Assembly: GCA_963663545.1 (NCBI GenBank)
Contig: OY760505.1
Span: forward strand, 2,112,001-2,176,000
Direction: 5' to 3'
DNA length: 64,000 nucleotides
Source of the DNA: Candidatus Delongbacteria bacterium
GTDB taxonomy: Bacteria; CAIWAD01
Shown: positions 60,801 to 64,000 of the stretch, one piece after another
How the letters are laid out: each line of letters opens with the position of its first letter
How positions within the stretch are numbered: the first letter of the stretch is position 1
The notes under the pieces: model-generated
Told to the model about the DNA's origin: nothing
Seen by the model: only the letters and a program-made list of their open reading frames with translations
Databases searched by the model: none
Translations under genes and position numbers: made by a program

Positions 60801-61946
60801 GTGACGGACGAGACGGGCACACCGCTGACGGACGCCCTCGTGCGCTTCTGGCGCGACGACGTGGAGCTTGAAGAGTACGCAACCCCCACCGACCAGTTCG
60901 GCAACTACGATGTCATCATTGTGATGGATCGCCTGCCCATCGTTCCCTTCAGTTTCTCTGCGCAGTACGACGGCTATCTGATGGAGTTCTTCAGCGACGC
61001 CGATTCTTTTGTGGACGCGACGCACTTCCTATTGCAGGATGATGTGGAAATCGAGAACGCCGATTTCTCGCTGATGCAGGAAAGTGAGGCGACCGATGTG
61101 TACACGGGCCGCATTCTCAATCCCGCCGGAGACGGCTTGGGTAGTGGCATGGTTGCCGCTTTCAATCCCGATGGCGGTGTGATGGCAGCGGTTCCCACGA
61201 GCGCCGATGGAAGCTTCAGCATGCGCGGCCTAAACGATGAGCCGGTAGTGCTGATGTATTACGCGCCGGGTCATGCACCGCAGTTCTCCGGTGGAAGTCT
61301 GGATCTGGACAACGCGACTATTGCACAACCGGGCTATGACGGTAGTGAAAATGCCACGCTCGTTACAACAGCCGACCCCAATGGTGTCAACCAGCTGACC
61401 GGTGTGATACGCGACGTCGATGGCCGTCCGCTAAGTGGAGCCTTGGTCATCGTGCAGAATGTGGACACGGGCGAGCTGCGTTCCATCTTTACCAACTCCG
61501 CCGGTCGCTACGCCATCAATGGGCTGGCAACGGGTTCCACCTACTGTGCCTACATCAGTCATCAGGGTTATTACAGCTTGCAGGTGACCTTTGCGACAGA
61601 TTCTGCCGAGGATCTGGTAAACGTTGTGGATGCCGGACTTGTATCACGCACAAGTACGGATGTCGGCGAAAACGTTCTGCCGGAAACACTACGCTTGCTG
61701 CCGAATTACCCGAACCCCTTCAATCCCACGACGACCATTCCTTACGTGCTGCCGGCGGCATCGCGTGTAACATTGGGCGTCTACAACCTGCAGGGTGAGC
61801 TCGTGCTACAACTGGTGGACGGTGTTCAGCCAGCAGGTGAGTTTGCGCAGACTTTCTATGCGGGCAACCTGGCATCAGGCGTGTACTTCGTGCGTCTCGC
61901 GAGCGATGCTGGCGTGCAGACGCGCAAGCTGATGTTGATCAAGTGA
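57804..61946 (+). CDS. Large secreted protein with tandem carboxypeptidase-regulatory-like domains and a T9SS type-A CTD
   Basis: Roughly a dozen LxGxVxD...G.Y/F repeats; NYPNPFNPTT...YNLQG...LASGVYFVRL...KLMLIK. Confidence 0.88.
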   Translation: MMSARNSFMTLLCSMLLANTLPAASFSGSVMDALDGTLLPGTEVELSGVNGTSWTAMTGEEGDFVIEAPAGRYDLHVMHPEYHPIDHPMQLPEAGLIRELALMPLDVEHALMTGYITDAETGEAVAGATVVTAEGLMAHSNQEGLYRLGGLVPTILEFQVVHPLYQLYEQTTFLEAGENQFDIQLTPGEIDPGTAWLLGNVVGIDWQIPIEGARVALDGDTLAITGPSGEYSIFQLEPGSYELSVCAEGFEPFVSPLSIEAGANHRRVVLEPLGGIETATLTGVVVDENGAGIVGVDLHVTNHGAGAVAECVSTEDGAFSFDALFAGEWMLTAHADGYLPYHDTVELSAGDNELAITMTTELNEESAGIEGYVLSASTGDPVSHANIVIHQENVATIVVVNGQGHFHSQLLSPGTASATVTHEGFATLVEEIELFENEVLAHDFILVPDEEPQTANLSGVVTDEATAEPLAGVTVSLTSMIYDCGASATTTEDGSYLIEEFCNGPATITVQVEGYLPYSTRIHMTQGDNVHDVTLVPFEQETASLSGRVTEYESGEGVSNAHVRVVSQTVWLFAETYTDEDGYYAVDDYVSGPSNFIVIVDDFPAYHETIDLDPGVNAYNCVLGDPGTGAASLSGYVTEVTSGEPIPDVEIVSEDYQFAISDLEGQYLFPELEPGETSFWVHHPFYGDCFSFTLNLEPGENVHDIELRLHGTGSEPASLLITTYNGLSGETLDAVEVYANGTQIGVTNDAGQLDLANISSGHLVLMALREGFSMAHDNVWLTPGENVVDLNLFPEIEEPHEVLVHGRVVDAVTRLPIAGAEVEVTLPDSQDAFVAVSDASGLYDLPLPLVETPYINVYCQVEGYEAREYEIFVQYRDVVELNVILLPENSNMGMIRGRVTYDGGHPAPAVVWAISADSYDYMEPVEASGSYTLMLPPGEYYIACSLIGAEGEQIYTEFYDDVMFLDDAESLSVEAGSVLPGINFGLPLMETINIHLTGQVTDETGTPLTDALVRFWRDDVELEEYATPTDQFGNYDVIIVMDRLPIVPFSFSAQYDGYLMEFFSDADSFVDATHFLLQDDVEIENADFSLMQESEATDVYTGRILNPAGDGLGSGMVAAFNPDGGVMAAVPTSADGSFSMRGLNDEPVVLMYYAPGHAPQFSGGSLDLDNATIAQPGYDGSENATLVTTADPNGVNQLTGVIRDVDGRPLSGALVIVQNVDTGELRSIFTNSAGRYAINGLATGSTYCAYISHQGYYSLQVTFATDSAEDLVNVVDAGLVSRTSTDVGENVLPETLRLLPNYPNPFNPTTTIPYVLPAASRVTLGVYNLQGELVLQLVDGVQPAGEFAQTFYAGNLASGVYFVRLASDAGVQTRKLMLIK

Positions 61947-61991
61947 CCCGTTATCGCCGGTCATAACGTGCCGTAAGACCGGTTTCAACAT

Positions 61992-62021
61992 GAAGAGGGA
62001 CATCCACGGATGTCCCTCTTC
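61992..62021 (+). terminator. Hairpin after the T9SS cargo gene
   Basis: GAAGAGGGACATC-CACG-GATGTCCCTCTTC. Confidence 0.65.
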
Positions 62022-62114
62022 TGTAGTGTTCCGCTATCATTGTCCTTCGCTCCGTGTGATTCCGCAGACACATGTTAGTCGCTTCGCACACTGTTCTTTT
62101 TCCGATATGCATAA

Positions 62115-62146
62115 AATCAACGAATTAGCAGGGCATAGTTCTTGCA
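62115..62146 (+). promoter_or_regulatory. IHF site plus sigma54 promoter
   Basis: AATCAACGAATTA matches WATCAANNNNTTR; then GGGCATAGTTCTTGCA (GG-N10-GC). Confidence 0.6.
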
Positions 62147-62209
62147 CATCCTTCACAACCCTTGCCGATACCAACCGCCGCCAGGTGCGGAGAACAGGAG
62201 AAGTAGAGG

Positions 62210-64000
62210 ATGAGCAAAGCCGCGATCTTTCTGACCCTGTTGCTGACTGTGAGCCAGGCCTTTGCCCTGGTTCAGCACACAGCTGACATGAGCGTCGAAC
62301 AGAACAGCCCGACCAGCTTTCAGTTGAGCATCAACGTCCCCGATGCCGAGGTCGAAGAGTACGTAGGAAAGGAAATCCTGCGCATTCCCGGCGAAGGTGT
62401 GCTGGGCGTGGCAGGTTGCCCGGACTTGCCCTTGTTGGTGCGTCCCATTCGAATTGAGCCAGGCCGCGCCTACAGTGCCGAGCTTGTCGAAGCGCAGTGG
62501 ACGTCCCTTGGTGTTCGTGAAATCTGCCCCCGCCAGGAGCGGCTGCACGAGGAGATCGATCTGCCACTTCCCTGGATCGAGGAAGCGGATGTCTTTGGCG
62601 CCGACGCGTTCTGGCCCAATGAGGCTCTCACTCTCTCGGAGCCCGTGCTTGTTCGTGAGACACGCATGCTAAAACTGATGCTCGCGCCTTATCGCTACAA
62701 TCCGATCACGGGAGAGCTGCAGAAGCTAGAGCACGCCACTATCGAGCTGCGTGATACGGGCAGTAGTTCTGTGAACAACCCAACGCGTAGCACGCGCATT
62801 GACGATCCCGCAGGACGGGCGGCTGAACGCGCGTTTACACGCAGCCTGATTCGCGATGATCGTCTGGTGGATCTGGTGGAGATCAATGCTCCCGAGGCCG
62901 GTGACATGGAGAGCATCGAATGGGAGCGGGCGGAATTGCCGCTGAACTACCTCGTCTTTGCGCCTGCATCGGCCATGACGCAGACGGCACTGTTGAACTA
63001 CCTCGAGTGGAAGCGTCAGCGCGGCCACTATGTGGAAGTCATCACCGATGCAGACATCTCGTTTACTAGCACCAACATTCGCAATGCGATCATGCAGCGC
63101 TACGAAACCTCGTCACACCCGCCGCACTACGTGATGCTGGTTGGTGATACAAATGGTACGTACACGGTTCCCACAGGAGGCGGCCAGTACGACCACTTCT
63201 ATGCTACCGTCGCGGGCAGCGATATCCTGGCCGATGTCGTTGTGGGCCGCATGTCCGTGTCGTCGGCCAATGAGCTGGCTGGCGTGTGCAACAAGCTGCG
63301 CAACTACGAGGCTTATCCCTACACCGGTGATACAAACTGGCTGCGTCGCGCCTCATTTCTTACTGGCAGCGGCCACTGTGGAGAATCGATGAGCCAGCTC
63401 TGCCGCATGGTGGCACACGAGCTGGTCGAGGAGCGTGGATACACGCAGATTGATACTGCGTGGTGTGCTAACAGCCCCAGTTATGTCTACAACTGGATTA
63501 ATCAGGGCATCAGCTTTTACACGTACCGTGGCTGGATTGGCATGGAAAATCTCAGCCAGTCTACGTTGATTAACCTCTCGCAGGGACCACGCATGCCCGT
63601 GGCCGTGGTTTTCACATGCAGTTCCGGCGAGTTCGACAGCAGCTACGAGGTCGCGTTCTCAGAAGCCTTCCTGCGCGGAGGCGATGCTGCTACCGCTGGC
63701 GGCGCTGTTGCCGGAATGGGCTTCTGCACGACTGCAACACACACCGAGTATAACAACGTGGTGGTAGGTGGCTTCTACGCGGCACTGCTGGATTACGACA
63801 TCCATCAAGTGGGCACATGCATGTTCCGAGGAAAATACGACCTCTGGCTGTCGCTGCCCGAGGGCGACTCCGCCACGAACGGCTTCAGTTACTGGGGCAA
63901 CCTGATGGGTGACCCGGGCATGGAGATGCTCTGCGGCGTTCCCGCGGAAATGACCATGTCTACGGATGATAACCAGGTCTACTTGGGCAGCGAGTCGATG
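62210..64000 (+). CDS. Third C25 gingipain-family protein (3' end outside the window)
   Basis: Read by hand: MSKAAIFLTLLLTVSQAFA, GCPDLP, WKRQRG, YVMLVGD, VGRMSV, VFTCSSG, NLMGDPG. Confidence 0.88.
   Translation, partial: MSKAAIFLTLLLTVSQAFALVQHTADMSVEQNSPTSFQLSINVPDAEVEEYVGKEILRIPGEGVLGVAGCPDLPLLVRPIRIEPGRAYSAELVEAQWTSLGVREICPRQERLHEEIDLPLPWIEEADVFGADAFWPNEALTLSEPVLVRETRMLKLMLAPYRYNPITGELQKLEHATIELRDTGSSSVNNPTRSTRIDDPAGRAAERAFTRSLIRDDRLVDLVEINAPEAGDMESIEWERAELPLNYLVFAPASAMTQTALLNYLEWKRQRGHYVEVITDADISFTSTNIRNAIMQRYETSSHPPHYVMLVGDTNGTYTVPTGGGQYDHFYATVAGSDILADVVVGRMSVSSANELAGVCNKLRNYEAYPYTGDTNWLRRASFLTGSGHCGESMSQLCRMVAHELVEERGYTQIDTAWCANSPSYVYNWINQGISFYTYRGWIGMENLSQSTLINLSQGPRMPVAVVFTCSSGEFDSSYEVAFSEAFLRGGDAATAGGAVAGMGFCTTATHTEYNNVVVGGFYAALLDYDIHQVGTCMFRGKYDLWLSLPEGDSATNGFSYWGNLMGDPGMEMLCGVPAEMTMSTDDNQVYLGSESM

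Larger units (their letters stand above)
1187..63334. repeat. Dispersed, highly iterated octamer GTGATACA/TGTATCAC (family GTRWYAC)
   Basis: About 72 exact copies by manual scan on both strands, plus many single-change variants. Confidence 0.92.

Noticed and set aside
59139..61025. Long antisense ORFs (628 aa here; also 13421-14350, 22441-23385, 44858-45859, 51714-52877)
   Set aside because: They are shadows of well-supported genes on the opposite strand and show no recognisable motifs.
1187..63334. GTGATACA as a classical Chi or KOPS site
   Set aside because: About equal counts on both strands and a symmetric degenerate consensus, whereas Chi and KOPS are polar and strand-skewed.
1..64000. 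CRISPR array, tRNA/rRNA, IS, integrase or prophage
   Set aside because: No regularly spaced 25-45 bp repeats, cloverleafs, transposase or phage genes seen; the octamer is irregularly dispersed.

Overview
A 64-kb stretch of core chromosome from a bacterium of about 57% GC (estimated by eye). It is most likely an FCB-superphylum candidate lineage (Cloacimonadota/Delongbacteria-like; inferred from gingipain-family C25 proteins, T9SS-type C-terminal domains and PorV/DUF4835 genes). Gene content: recC-recB-recD, a TetR-TolC-MFP-RND efflux operon, panD, an M14 carboxypeptidase, a NUDIX hydrolase, three C25-family proteins (the last runs off the window), thiN with an SSS transporter, T9SS accessory genes, a lone flagellin, galT-glgA, STAS-RsbU, coaD, pta, mrp, polA and large secreted proteins. 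I saw no rRNA, tRNA, CRISPR array, IS or prophage. The strongest unexplained signal is non-genic. The octamer GTGATACA/TGTATCAC, part of a degenerate palindrome family GTRWYAC, occurs about 72 times by manual count (about 36 per strand; about 1-2 expected by chance). It sits inside genes in several frames and at or in terminator hairpins, resembling a DNA-uptake or HIP1-type genome-wide signal whose sequence I do not recognise. Other highlights: a shared non-canonical ~70-aa C-terminal domain on five secreted proteins; C25 proteins that keep the catalytic Cys but lack the catalytic His; an unannotated sigma54-driven 43-aa membrane peptide; and a TPR/double-Fis-HTH regulator behind a 14-bp inverted repeat.
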